64,000 bases of DNA, taken from the NCBI GenBank assembly GCA_026125385.1, contig JAHCLG010000013.1, positions 3,866 through 67,865 on the forward strand, in the 5' to 3' direction. Source of the stretch: Legionellales bacterium (GTDB lineage: Bacteria > Pseudomonadota > Gammaproteobacteria > JAHCLG01). Both the position numbers and the translations under genes were made by a program. Of this stretch, positions 41,467 to 51,642 are shown in pieces; position 1 is the stretch's first letter, and each line of letters opens with the position of its first letter. The notes under the pieces are model-generated. The model made no database searches. It had not been told where the DNA came from and worked only from the letters and a program-made list of their open reading frames with translations.

Positions 41467-41686
41467 CACGACCTTAATTAAATTTGACACTTATTCATAA
41501 CGTTTATATTTTAAGTTGTGTAGCGAATTAAGCCTACATAAAGGCTATAACTGATACATTAGCTTGTAAATTTAACTCATCAAAATGGTTGAAATATTAA
41601 ACATATATTTGGAGCACATAATAACATAAAATAACGCTAAATAATACTATTTAATGTACTCCTGCATGCTTCTCTTGAAAAGATTG

Positions 41687-42594
41687 TTAGTTTAATTTTT
41701 TTCTACATTCAAACAAAATCATCGGTATGAATAGCTCTGGTGTTTCACTATCCTTACTGATAATAATTTTATTGACACTAAGATTAGTCTTATTAAGTAA
41801 ACTCAACCATTCTTCTTTAGAACGACTTAAGCTATTCCAGTTAACCATCAAATTTAAATCATTTAATACGGCTCTTAAATACCCTAGATGTGACTTTTGC
41901 GGCAACATAAAATCGACAATGAGCAATTTAGCTTCATTAGACAAACTTTTTGCGCATTCATTCAGAATTTTAATGGCCATGTCATCATTCCAATTCAATA
42001 ATGTGCGGCATAAGACATACAGATCACCACTTTGGGGAATACCTTGAAAAAAATCACCACCGATTATGGTTACGCGCGTCAGACAATTATAGGCATTTAG
42101 AACTTTTTCAGCGTTTTGTACCACGGTTGGTAAGTCGAATAAGATACCAGTTTGATGAGGATTGTTTTTCAATACATTGCCCAAAAAATGCCCTTGAGCA
42201 CCAGCAACATCTACAATTCGATGGTAACTATCAAAATTATTTTGCCAAATTTTTTGTTCCAGGCAGGTTCATGAGTTTTAAGGGTGAATTCAAATTCTTC
42301 AAATGCTTCATAAGCTCTGATTAAATGAGGTGACCTCGCACGAGCTAATTGTGGGGTTAACTCTGTGCAATAAACCCTATCCTGAGAGATAAGTACGATT
42401 TCATGTGCTTCTAACACTCTTAAAAAACGTTTAAGGGCGTCGTGATTAAATTGTAATGTTGTCGCTAGTTCTAGTGTGCTAATACCGGTACTAGGAATCA
42501 ACTTATCTAGCTTGTACTCACCAGCTAGTAAAATTACTTTAGCGGTCACATAGCTAAGCGCCAAGGTATAAATTTTATGAGGATTCTTTTGCAT
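41687..42594 (-). pseudogene. class-I SAM-dependent O-methyltransferase (COMT-like family 2) split by a frameshift in a T6/A6 homopolymer
   Basis: The N-terminal dimerisation fragment (42211-42594) and the C-terminal catalytic fragment (41687-42184) are in different frames. Reading the second frame upstream restores YHRIVDVAGAQGHFLGNVLKN, the SAM-binding motif. The shift maps to the homopolymer run at 42250-42255. Confidence 0.7.
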
Positions 42595-42840
42595 TGGAGT
42601 CTCAAGTCGGTTTACTATGGGAGATAAGTTTAACTGTTTACACGATTAACCACAATTTAAACATGGCGCATATTTATTCTAATAAGTTTACATTGAAAAC
42701 TTCAATAAGAAATATCTTTCTAGGTACTTTTTTAGTTATTTTTATTTCAGCGTTTTTTTTTATCGCTGTATTTTAGTAATCAAGAAGCTGCCACGCAAAT
42801 TCGGCAGAACACGTTAGCTTCACATAAAATTTTAGTTTCA

Positions 42841-44862
42841 TTGATTGAACCGAGTTTGGTTATTTCCAATACCTTAGAAATTCGAAGGCTATTGGCATTA
42901 GTTAGTAGTGATGAGCACACTTTTTCAGTAATTGATGATAATAATATTGTGTATTTGCCCGATTATAAATTTCAAGATTTAGTCGATGAAATTATAAAAT
43001 CGGATAAAATAAAACATGGCTGTGAAATCAATGATTTTTTCACAATAGCATTTCATGGTCGAACATATCAAGTATTATGCTCAATAATTAGCAAGCCTGG
43101 AATCATATCCTTTAAAGGAAGCCCATATTTAATCAGCTTTAATTTGGAAAATCCTTTAAAAATTTCAATTAATACACTTCTCTATTTTTTAATATCTACG
43201 ATATTGATATTTTTAATTACCTATTTTTGGTTTGGGATTAATTTAAAGAGAAAGTTATTAAATTATCTGTATTCACTTGAGGTTCAAATCAAAAATAAAA
43301 ATTTCAACTTCATAGAGAATGTTTCTGCGGTTAAAGATGATAAAATACCTCTTGAAATCGAGAATATTCGCGCGGCTTTTCAACAGCTATTAAGCGATCT
43401 GGGTAATGAAACGAATAAACGAATTGCCAGTGAAAAAAAAGCCGCCATTAGCACACTAGCAGCTCAGGTTGCTCACGATATTCGTTCACCTGTCGCTGCA
43501 ATTCAAATGCTAAGCAAAGAAAACTGCTTATTGCCAGAAAATACTCGTAAATCGTTAAAAGATGCGGCAGCTCGAATACAGGATATTGCCAATAATTTAT
43601 TGTCTCAATATAAAACTGGTGCTAAAGATACGGCAGAGCAGAATAGTTTATTTTTAATTTCAGATGCAATTAGTGCTGTTGTTTCTGAAAAAAAATTACA
43701 ATATTCAGAACGCAAACTAAACTTGCATATTCAAGCACAAGGTGATGCCAATCTCGCTTTTATATATTCAGACCCCATTAACTTTAAACGAATGCTTTCC
43801 AATTTACTCAATAATTCGATTGAGGCCATAGGTGAAGAGGGTTCTATTTCCATTGTGCTTCACTCATCACAAGATTATGTTGATGTGCGGATCACGGATG
43901 ATGGTTGTGGTATGTCTTCCGTAAAAATAGCTAATATTCTTAATGGCAATATTACTTCAACTAAAAATCAAGGTTCCGGTTTAGGCTTGCAACATGCGCG
44001 AGACTTTATGAAAAACGCCGCGGCAAAATTTGATATTCAATCAACAGAACGTATCGGTACCACTATTCACTTACAATTTAAACGAAGTGCTTCTCCTCCA
44101 TGGTTAGCTGATAAAATTTCTATTAAAAAGCAGAGTACTATTATCATTCTTGATGACGATGTTTCCATTCATGGCGCATGGGATCGATATTTTGCCGATC
44201 GAATTAATGTTGAGTATGGCATTAATATTCTGCATTTTCACCAAGCAGCGGAGTGTATTCTTACAATAAAAAATAATTTCAACACGCTGAAGGATGTAAT
44301 TATATTAACGGATTTTGAATTACTTAACCAAAATATGAATGGTTTAGATGTAGTTGAACATAGCGGTGTAAATAATACAATATTAGTCACCAGTTATTAT
44401 GATGACCGAAAAATATTAGCAAGGGCAGTATCACTGAATGCTAAAGTATTACCTAAAATGTTAGCCAGTGAGATTGAAATTGAAATTAATGAACAGCCTC
44501 AAAATTTTAAAATTCCTGAGGCTCCAAAAAATGAAGCTATCGATATAGTTTTGCTGGAAGATAATCAAGAGTTATCTGATATTTTCGCATTTATATGTGA
44601 ACGCAATGGAAAGCAGGTAAAAATCTATCATAACCCTTACTCATTATTTACGGATTTAAATACTTTCGACCCTCTTGCTACCAAAATTTGTCTTGATCTT
44701 AATCTCGGCTTCGATCCTGTCAATGGAATTGATATTGCCATTCTTCTGCATAATAAGGGATTTAAGCAAATTTATCTTGCTAGTGGCAGCCAGATCGATC
44801 CAAATTCTGTTCCCGAATATTTAATGGTATTAAAAAATAAAATCGATCTGACGCGTCTTTAG
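42841..44862 (+). CDS. hybrid sensor histidine kinase with two C-terminal receiver-like domains
   Basis: One clear TM segment, a HisKA H-box (VAHDIRSPVAAI), HATPase G-boxes (DDGCGM, GSGLGL), then two CheY-like modules with divergent acidic pockets. Confidence 0.7.
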   Translation: MIEPSLVISNTLEIRRLLALVSSDEHTFSVIDDNNIVYLPDYKFQDLVDEIIKSDKIKHGCEINDFFTIAFHGRTYQVLCSIISKPGIISFKGSPYLISFNLENPLKISINTLLYFLISTILIFLITYFWFGINLKRKLLNYLYSLEVQIKNKNFNFIENVSAVKDDKIPLEIENIRAAFQQLLSDLGNETNKRIASEKKAAISTLAAQVAHDIRSPVAAIQMLSKENCLLPENTRKSLKDAAARIQDIANNLLSQYKTGAKDTAEQNSLFLISDAISAVVSEKKLQYSERKLNLHIQAQGDANLAFIYSDPINFKRMLSNLLNNSIEAIGEEGSISIVLHSSQDYVDVRITDDGCGMSSVKIANILNGNITSTKNQGSGLGLQHARDFMKNAAAKFDIQSTERIGTTIHLQFKRSASPPWLADKISIKKQSTIIILDDDVSIHGAWDRYFADRINVEYGINILHFHQAAECILTIKNNFNTLKDVIILTDFELLNQNMNGLDVVEHSGVNNTILVTSYYDDRKILARAVSLNAKVLPKMLASEIEIEINEQPQNFKIPEAPKNEAIDIVLLEDNQELSDIFAFICERNGKQVKIYHNPYSLFTDLNTFDPLATKICLDLNLGFDPVNGIDIAILLHNKGFKQIYLASGSQIDPNSVPEYLMVLKNKIDLTRL

Positions 44863-44935
44863 AAAAATTATTTCTTAAAAATCTCTTATTGATCGCCGTT
44901 ATGATTTGATTCTTGCATATAATCTTTCACTCTTA

Positions 44936-47197
44936 TTATTTCCGCTGCCAAGCATCTTTTAATTGCGCGGCAAATGCGTTCATGAGTTCGGGTTTTGGAG
45001 AATTGATGACAGGTGATTTAAGCGGTTTTGCGGATTTAGGTGGTTTATGGCCTTGCTTCATCGTTAAACTAATACGTTTACGCGCTTCATCAACTTCTAA
45101 TACTCGCACTTTGACAATTTGTCCGACTTTCACTTCTTGATGCAAATCTTTCACAAAATGATCGGCAATTTCGGAGACGTGGACTAAACCATCTTGATGA
45201 ACACCAATATCGACAAACGCGCCAAAATTCGCCACATTAGTGATGACACCTTCTAGTTCCATACCAATTTTTAAATCTTTTATTTCATTGACACCTTCAA
45301 TAAATTTTGCCATTTTAAATTCAGGACGCGGATCACGACCGGGTTTTTTTAACTCGTCAAAAATATCGCGTAAGGTAGGCAAGCCTACTTGATCGCTGAC
45401 AAATTGTTGGGGATCGAGTGAGTTTAATAAAGATTCATTACTAATTAATTCACTGACGGGTTTTTTTACTACCGCAGCAATTTTTTCGACGATAGCATAA
45501 CTTTCTGGATGAACCGCAGAGCCATCTAAGGGATTTTTTCCATTAATAATTCTTAAAAAACCCGCTGCTTGTTCAAAGGTTTTTGCACCTAAACGAGGTA
45601 CGGATTTAATTTGTTCGCGATCGTCAAAACGTCCATGTTGTTCGCGATATAAAACAATATTTTTAGCAATTGTTTCATTTAAGCCTGAAATACTGGTTAA
45701 TAATGGCACCGATGCGGTATTAATATCAGCACCGACGGCATTCACGCAATCTTCCACGGTGGCTTGCAAGGAATGTTCGAGTTTTGTTTGATTGACATCA
45801 TGTTGATATTGACCCACACCAATAGCTTTCGGATCAATTTTTACTAATTCTGCTAGTGGATCTTGTAAGCGTCTGGCAATCGATACTGCTCCGCGATAGG
45901 ACACATCTAATTCTGGGAATTCTTTTGCTGCTAGTTCAGAGGCAGAATATACCGAGGCACCCGCTTCTGAAACCACAATTTTAGTCATGCCCAACTCGGG
46001 TAGTTGTTTAATTAATTCATTCGCGAGTTGATCGGTTTCGCGTGAAGCCGTACCGTTGCCAATACTAATTAATTTTACCTTAAAATGTTGGCATAATTTA
46101 CCCAGCATTGTTAACGCTTCATCCCATTGTTTTTGCGGGGGATGTGGGTAAATCACCGTATGAGTTAATAATTTTCCTGTACTATCGATAATGACCGTTT
46201 TCACACCTGTGCGGTAACCGGGATCTAATCCTAAAACTACATAATTACCAGCGGGAGCTGCCATTAATAAATTTTTTAAATTATCACGAAAAACTTTAAT
46301 CGCTTCTTCATCTGCGCGATTTTTAAGTTCAAGCATAATTTCCAAATCAAGTTTGGATTTTAATTTAATTTTCCACGCCCAGACGATGGTTTGCCAAAGC
46401 CAATGAGTAGGTGATGGTTTCAACTCTGGTGAAAATGTTTTAGCAATTAAGCCATAACAATGTTCGTTTACCGTTTCATCGCGAAATTCTAAATTAACAT
46501 GAAGAAAATTTTCTTTACGTCCACGAAAAATAGCGAGTAAACGATGCGAAGGAATGGTTTTAATGCTTTCGCTAAAATCAAAATAATCGGCAAATTTAAT
46601 GCCAGATTCTTCTTTATCTTTTGCAACTTTGCTAATGATAATGCCTTCTTGCCACAGCTTATCGCGTAATTGTTGCAACAGATCAGCTTGTTCACAAAAT
46701 AGTTCAGCTAAAATATGACGGGCACCTTCAAGTGCCGCAGCCGCATCGGCAATTTCTTTTTCGGGATTTATATAGGATTTCGCACAGGTTTCAGCATCAC
46801 AAGCTAACTCTGTTAATAATTGTTGTGCCAGTGGTTCAAGACCTGCTTCTTTGGCTATTTGAGCTTTTGTGCGACGTTTAGGTTTATAGGGTAAATAAAG
46901 ATCTTCTAAACGAATTTTGCTATCGGCATTTTCAATTTCTTGTTTTAATTCAGGACTGAGCTTGCCTTGTTCTTCGATGGATTTTAAAATTGTGTGTCGA
47001 CGATCTTCTAATTCGGTTAAATAAGTTAAACGTTCAGTTAAATCTCTTAGAACAGTATCCGATAAGCCACCCGTTGCTTCTTTACGATAACGGGCAATAA
47101 ACGGCACCGTTGCCCCATCGTTTAATAATTCCATGGTGGCGGTAACCTGAGAAGATTTAATATTCAATTCCTTGGCAATCGTTTCAACAATATTCAT
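44936..47197 (-). CDS. tex: transcription accessory protein Tex
   Basis: 753 aa. Tex N-terminus (GATVPFIARYRKE), YqgF/HhH and a C-terminal S1 domain. Confidence 0.9.
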   Translation of the reverse strand: MNIVETIAKELNIKSSQVTATMELLNDGATVPFIARYRKEATGGLSDTVLRDLTERLTYLTELEDRRHTILKSIEEQGKLSPELKQEIENADSKIRLEDLYLPYKPKRRTKAQIAKEAGLEPLAQQLLTELACDAETCAKSYINPEKEIADAAAALEGARHILAELFCEQADLLQQLRDKLWQEGIIISKVAKDKEESGIKFADYFDFSESIKTIPSHRLLAIFRGRKENFLHVNLEFRDETVNEHCYGLIAKTFSPELKPSPTHWLWQTIVWAWKIKLKSKLDLEIMLELKNRADEEAIKVFRDNLKNLLMAAPAGNYVVLGLDPGYRTGVKTVIIDSTGKLLTHTVIYPHPPQKQWDEALTMLGKLCQHFKVKLISIGNGTASRETDQLANELIKQLPELGMTKIVVSEAGASVYSASELAAKEFPELDVSYRGAVSIARRLQDPLAELVKIDPKAIGVGQYQHDVNQTKLEHSLQATVEDCVNAVGADINTASVPLLTSISGLNETIAKNIVLYREQHGRFDDREQIKSVPRLGAKTFEQAAGFLRIINGKNPLDGSAVHPESYAIVEKIAAVVKKPVSELISNESLLNSLDPQQFVSDQVGLPTLRDIFDELKKPGRDPRPEFKMAKFIEGVNEIKDLKIGMELEGVITNVANFGAFVDIGVHQDGLVHVSEIADHFVKDLHQEVKVGQIVKVRVLEVDEARKRISLTMKQGHKPPKSAKPLKSPVINSPKPELMNAFAAQLKDAWQRK

Positions 47198-47273
47198 GAA
47201 AATAGTCCACTTAATTTAAAATCTGAAATGAAGAAAACGATCCCACTCATCAATAGTGGGATCGAAACGTAAT

Positions 47274-48281
47274 TTATTTTGCTTGCATCATGGCTATTGC
47301 AGTGTCTAACATGCGATTGCTAAAGCCCCATTCATTATCATACCAGGCTAAAATTTTGCAGGTGGTGCCAATCACTTTAGTTTGGGTACTATCGAAAATT
47401 GAAGAGGCAGGATTGTGATTAAAATCGATCGAAACTAAAGGTAAGTCGTTATACGCTAAAATTCCAGCAAATTCATTTTGACTGGCTTTTTGAATGACGG
47501 CATTAATTTCTTGGATGGATGTTTCGCGTGCCGCCTGAAAGGTTAAATCGACGACAGAAACATTAATTGTCGGAACGCGTAAGGCAAAACCATCGAGTTT
47601 GCCATTTAATTCAGGCAATACTAAACCGACGGCAGCAGCAGCGCCTGTTTTAGTCGGGATCATGGAATGAGTGGCGGAGCGTGCGCGTCGTAAATCGGTG
47701 TGATAAACATCCGTTAGCACTTGATCGTTGGTGTAAGCGTGAACGGTGGTCATTAAGCCATTCACAATACCAATTTGATCATTTAATATTTTAGCAACAG
47801 GGGCTAAACAGTTTGTGGTGCAGGAAGCATTTGAAATAATTTTATCGCTAGATTTTAAAATCGAATGATTAACACCAAAAACCACGGTTGCATCGACATC
47901 GGTTCCAGGTGCAGAGATTAAGACTTTTTTTGCCCCCGCTTGCAAATGTGCTTGTGCTTGACTGGCTTTGGTAAATAAACCCGTACATTCAAACACGATA
48001 TCGATATTTAATTTTTCCCACGGTAATTGTTTGGGATCGCGTTCTGAAAAAACCTGAATGGTATCGCCATTGACAATGAGTGAATTACCTTCAACTGTTA
48101 CTGTTCCAGGAAATTTGCCGTGCGCGGTGTCGTATTGGGTTAAATGCGCATTGGTGTTAACATCGCCTAAATCATTAATGGCAACAATTTCAATATTATG
48201 TTTTTTATTCGATTCATAATGGGCGCGTAAAATATTACGTCCAATTCTTCCATAACCATTAATTGCAATTCTCAGTGTCAT
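47274..48281 (-). CDS. gap: glyceraldehyde-3-phosphate dehydrogenase
   Basis: [12 protein letters not shown] motif and SCTTNCLAP active-site Cys. Confidence 0.9.
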   Translation of the reverse strand: MTLRIAINGYGRIGRNILRAHYESNKKHNIEIVAINDLGDVNTNAHLTQYDTAHGKFPGTVTVEGNSLIVNGDTIQVFSERDPKQLPWEKLNIDIVFECTGLFTKASQAQAHLQAGAKKVLISAPGTDVDATVVFGVNHSILKSSDKIISNASCTTNCLAPVAKILNDQIGIVNGLMTTVHAYTNDQVLTDVYHTDLRRARSATHSMIPTKTGAAAAVGLVLPELNGKLDGFALRVPTINVSVVDLTFQAARETSIQEINAVIQKASQNEFAGILAYNDLPLVSIDFNHNPASSIFDSTQTKVIGTTCKILAWYDNEWGFSNRMLDTAIAMMQAK

Positions 48282-48379
48282 ATTTTTTCTCCAGATTATT
48301 TATAAAGGTAATTGTTTGAGTATATATTCTTCACGCTTGAATTTTAGGCTTTGTTGTCGAGCTAAAGCTGATCAGTCAT

Positions 48380-48449
48380 GTATTCAGTATACATTCCTTC
48401 GCATCTTTAACTCGACACCTCGCCTAAAATCCAATTGTTTTGAGTATAG
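48380..48449. repeat. copy of the dispersed 60-70 bp repeat (GTATTCAGTATAC...TTTAACTCG...CCTCGCCTAAAATCCAATTGTTTTGAGTATAG)
   Basis: Shares the GTATTCAGTATAC head and the TTTGAGTAT tail with the copy at 8641-8709, and the core with the copy at 41408-41466. Confidence 0.5.
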
Positions 48450-50412
48450 TTTCTATCGTTAATCCAACCTGATCAAAAATGGTTGGCGCAGGTGCCGATA
48501 ATCCGAATTGATCGATGCCAAATACTTTACCATCGAAACCGACGTAACGGTACCATGATTGCGAACTCGCTGCTTCAATTGCTACGCGATTACGAATTGA
48601 GGGTGGCAAAACGTGATCGCGGTAGGCTTGATCTTGTTGCTCAAAGACCTCACAGCACGGCATGGATACGACACGTGCGGCAATATGTTTTTCTTGCAAG
48701 CGTTGATAAACACCTACAGCGAGTTGTAATTCAGAACCACTGGCGATCAAAATTATTGTTGGTGTGGAATGATTTTCACATAAAATATAGCCACCGCGTT
48801 GAATTAATTTTAGTGTTGCATCATCACGGCTAAAGGCAGGTAAATCTTGGCGCGATAAACATAAACAACTCGGTGTGGATTGCGATTCAATGGCGTGTTT
48901 CCAAGCAACTGCCGTTTCGATGGTATCCGCAGGACGCCATACATTTAAATTAGGCGTCGCGCGTAACATCGCTAAATGTTCAATCGGTTGATGAGTAGGG
49001 CCATCTTCGCCTAAACCAATCGAATCATGCGTGTAAACAAAAATGGCACGTTGCTTCATGAGTGCACTTAAGCGAATGGCATTGCGCGCATAATCGCTAA
49101 ACGTTAAAAATGTTCCAGCAAAGGGAATGATACCACCGTATAAACTCATGCCATTGAGAATGGCTGACATGCCAAATTCGCGCACACCGTAATAAATATA
49201 ATTTCCTTGTGGATGTTCGGCGCTAAATGAAATAGCATTTTTACCGCGAGTTAAATTTGAGCCAGTTAAATCCGCCGATCCACCAATTAATTCCGGCAAA
49301 ATTTCGCTATAGGCTTCAATACATTTTAATGATGCTTTACGCGTTGCCATTTTTTCCATAGTTTCTTGGCAGGTGTGAATAAACTGTTGGGAATGAGTGT
49401 GCCAAGCCGTTGGAAACTCTTTTTGCATGCGGCGTAAAAATTCTTGAGCTAATTCAGGATATTTTTTTTGATATTCTACAAATAACTGTTGCCAATGATT
49501 TTCGAGTTCTTTGCCATGTTGAATTTTATTCCAAGCAGTTAAGATTTCATCGGGAATCATAAAGGGTGGATGTGGCCAATTTAGCGCAAGTCGAGTAGCA
49601 GCAATTTCAGCTTCACCCAAAGGCGCCCCATGCGCATGAGCACTCCCGGCAACATGCGGTGCACCGTGCGCAATTTGGGTTTTACAAATAATTAATGTCG
49701 GACGAGTATGTTCTTGTTGTGCTTGTAAAATAGCATTACGAATTTCTTGAGCGTCGTGACCATTAATATTGTCGATCACATTCCATTGATAAGCGCGAAA
49801 ACGTTCAGCGGTATTATCGCTAAACCAATTACCCACTTCGCCATCGATGGAAATACCATTATCATCATAAAATGCAATTAATTTATTTAATTTCCACGTA
49901 CCGGCTAAAGAACACACTTCATGCGAAATACCTTCCATTAAACAACCATCACCTAAAAATACATAAGTATAATGATCGATAATATTAAAGTGATCGCGAT
50001 TAAATAGTGCACTTAAATGTTTTTCACTTAACGCCATGCCTACGGCATTGGCAAGCCCTTGTCCGAGAGGTCCTGTGGTGGTTTCCACACCCGGTGTTTC
50101 AGCAACTTCAGGATGTCCTGGCGTTTTGGAATGTAATTGTCGAAATTGTTTGAGATCGTCAATCGAGACATCGTATCCGCTTAAATATAATAAAGCGTAT
50201 TGCAACATCGAGCCGTGACCATTCGATAAAATAAAGCGATCACGATTGTACCAAAGAGGATTACCTGGATTATGTTTTAAAAAATCATTCCATAAAACTT
50301 CCGCAATATCGGCCATCCCCATTGGCATGCCTGGATGACCCGAATTGGCTTTCTGTACTGCATCCATGCTTAACACACGGATGGCATTGGCGAGTTGTTG
50401 ACGAGAAATCAT
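48424..50412 (-). CDS. tkt: transketolase
   Basis: 662 aa. TPP-binding GHPG and GDGCLMEG motifs. Confidence 0.9.
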   Translation of the reverse strand: MISRQQLANAIRVLSMDAVQKANSGHPGMPMGMADIAEVLWNDFLKHNPGNPLWYNRDRFILSNGHGSMLQYALLYLSGYDVSIDDLKQFRQLHSKTPGHPEVAETPGVETTTGPLGQGLANAVGMALSEKHLSALFNRDHFNIIDHYTYVFLGDGCLMEGISHEVCSLAGTWKLNKLIAFYDDNGISIDGEVGNWFSDNTAERFRAYQWNVIDNINGHDAQEIRNAILQAQQEHTRPTLIICKTQIAHGAPHVAGSAHAHGAPLGEAEIAATRLALNWPHPPFMIPDEILTAWNKIQHGKELENHWQQLFVEYQKKYPELAQEFLRRMQKEFPTAWHTHSQQFIHTCQETMEKMATRKASLKCIEAYSEILPELIGGSADLTGSNLTRGKNAISFSAEHPQGNYIYYGVREFGMSAILNGMSLYGGIIPFAGTFLTFSDYARNAIRLSALMKQRAIFVYTHDSIGLGEDGPTHQPIEHLAMLRATPNLNVWRPADTIETAVAWKHAIESQSTPSCLCLSRQDLPAFSRDDATLKLIQRGGYILCENHSTPTIILIASGSELQLAVGVYQRLQEKHIAARVVSMPCCEVFEQQDQAYRDHVLPPSIRNRVAIEAASSQSWYRYVGFDGKVFGIDQFGLSAPAPTIFDQVGLTIETILKTIGF

Positions 50413-50491
50413 GTGCGTTTTACTCTCGGCGATAAAATAAGGCGCTATTTTCGCCTAGATGGCGAGAAATGCAAAGTAAAATTTCAGAAGT

Positions 50492-51619
50492 CTATTGCGA
50501 TTTACCACGCATATCAATTGGCCAAATATCAATAATTCTATCATCTTGTGTAATATAAAGATGGTCAAATAAATTCATGGTAGGATCGCAGTGTGAAACC
50601 ATTAATTCGATTTTAGTATTTAACGCGATCCTCATATCGTTTGGTTTTAATAATTTACCATGTTCATCGCCATAACCCCATTCGTATTCAAGATGACAAT
50701 TGGCAGGATGAATGACTAAGGGTCGACTGTTATCGAGATAGAGTGCTTTTAATCCCGCATCAAGCGTGACGTGACTCGGATGATTATTGCTGATGACGGT
50801 TGATAATAAGGTTAATGCTGGTTTAAAGGTGCAAAAATTTTTAGCGGAAGCAGATTCAATATTAAAATAATCGGCATCCATGACAATATAGGAACCAGGT
50901 TGGATCTCGGTGACTTCGGGGATATCACAATCGATATCATAGGTTCCCGTGCCCGTTCCCGTTAAAATTTCTGCGGGTAAGTTTAATTGTTGTAATGCCG
51001 TTAAAATTTCACCAGCTTGACGCATATATTGCTGCGATATTTTTTTTCGTTCAGAATACGATTTAATGTGTTGTATATTTCCAGCGTAGCACTGAACTCC
51101 CCGTACGGCTAAGTGAGAATAAGCATGAATGGATTTTGCAAATTCAATCGCATCGTAAAATGACACACCAGTACGTCCAACATTGGGATCAATATCGACT
51201 AACACATTTAAACTGTGATCAGCACTTCTTGCTGCTTCATTTAGCATTTGTGCATTGCTTAAATTATCCACTACGACGGTAATTTCGGGATCTTCACTAA
51301 AACAATTAATTAAATGATCAATTTTTTCTGGAGTTGTGATTGGTGACGTAATTAAAATATTACGCACGTTTTTTTGAATAAGCACCATGGCTTCGCTAAT
51401 CTTAGCGCAAGAAATTCCAATGCTGCCCGTTTGCAATTGTAATTTTGCAATTTTAGAACATTTATGGGTTTTGACATGCGGACGGAGATTTTTACGTTTG
51501 GATTTCACATAAGCTTGCATGGTTAATAAGTTTTGTTGCAACAATTTGCGATCGAGCGTTAAACACGGCGTGTCTAAGTCCCATTTGGAATGACCAATAT
51601 AAAAATCTAATTCGCGCAT
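50492..51619 (-). CDS. alanine-racemase-domain PLP enzyme (DSD1 / D-threonine aldolase-like family)
   Basis: N-terminal RPHVKTHKC PLP-lysine motif typical of DSD1-family proteins. 375 aa. Confidence 0.6.
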   Translation of the reverse strand: MRELDFYIGHSKWDLDTPCLTLDRKLLQQNLLTMQAYVKSKRKNLRPHVKTHKCSKIAKLQLQTGSIGISCAKISEAMVLIQKNVRNILITSPITTPEKIDHLINCFSEDPEITVVVDNLSNAQMLNEAARSADHSLNVLVDIDPNVGRTGVSFYDAIEFAKSIHAYSHLAVRGVQCYAGNIQHIKSYSERKKISQQYMRQAGEILTALQQLNLPAEILTGTGTGTYDIDCDIPEVTEIQPGSYIVMDADYFNIESASAKNFCTFKPALTLLSTVISNNHPSHVTLDAGLKALYLDNSRPLVIHPANCHLEYEWGYGDEHGKLLKPNDMRIALNTKIELMVSHCDPTMNLFDHLYITQDDRIIDIWPIDMRGKSQ

Positions 51620-51642
51620 ACCTAATTCGCTGAGTTATTGTT

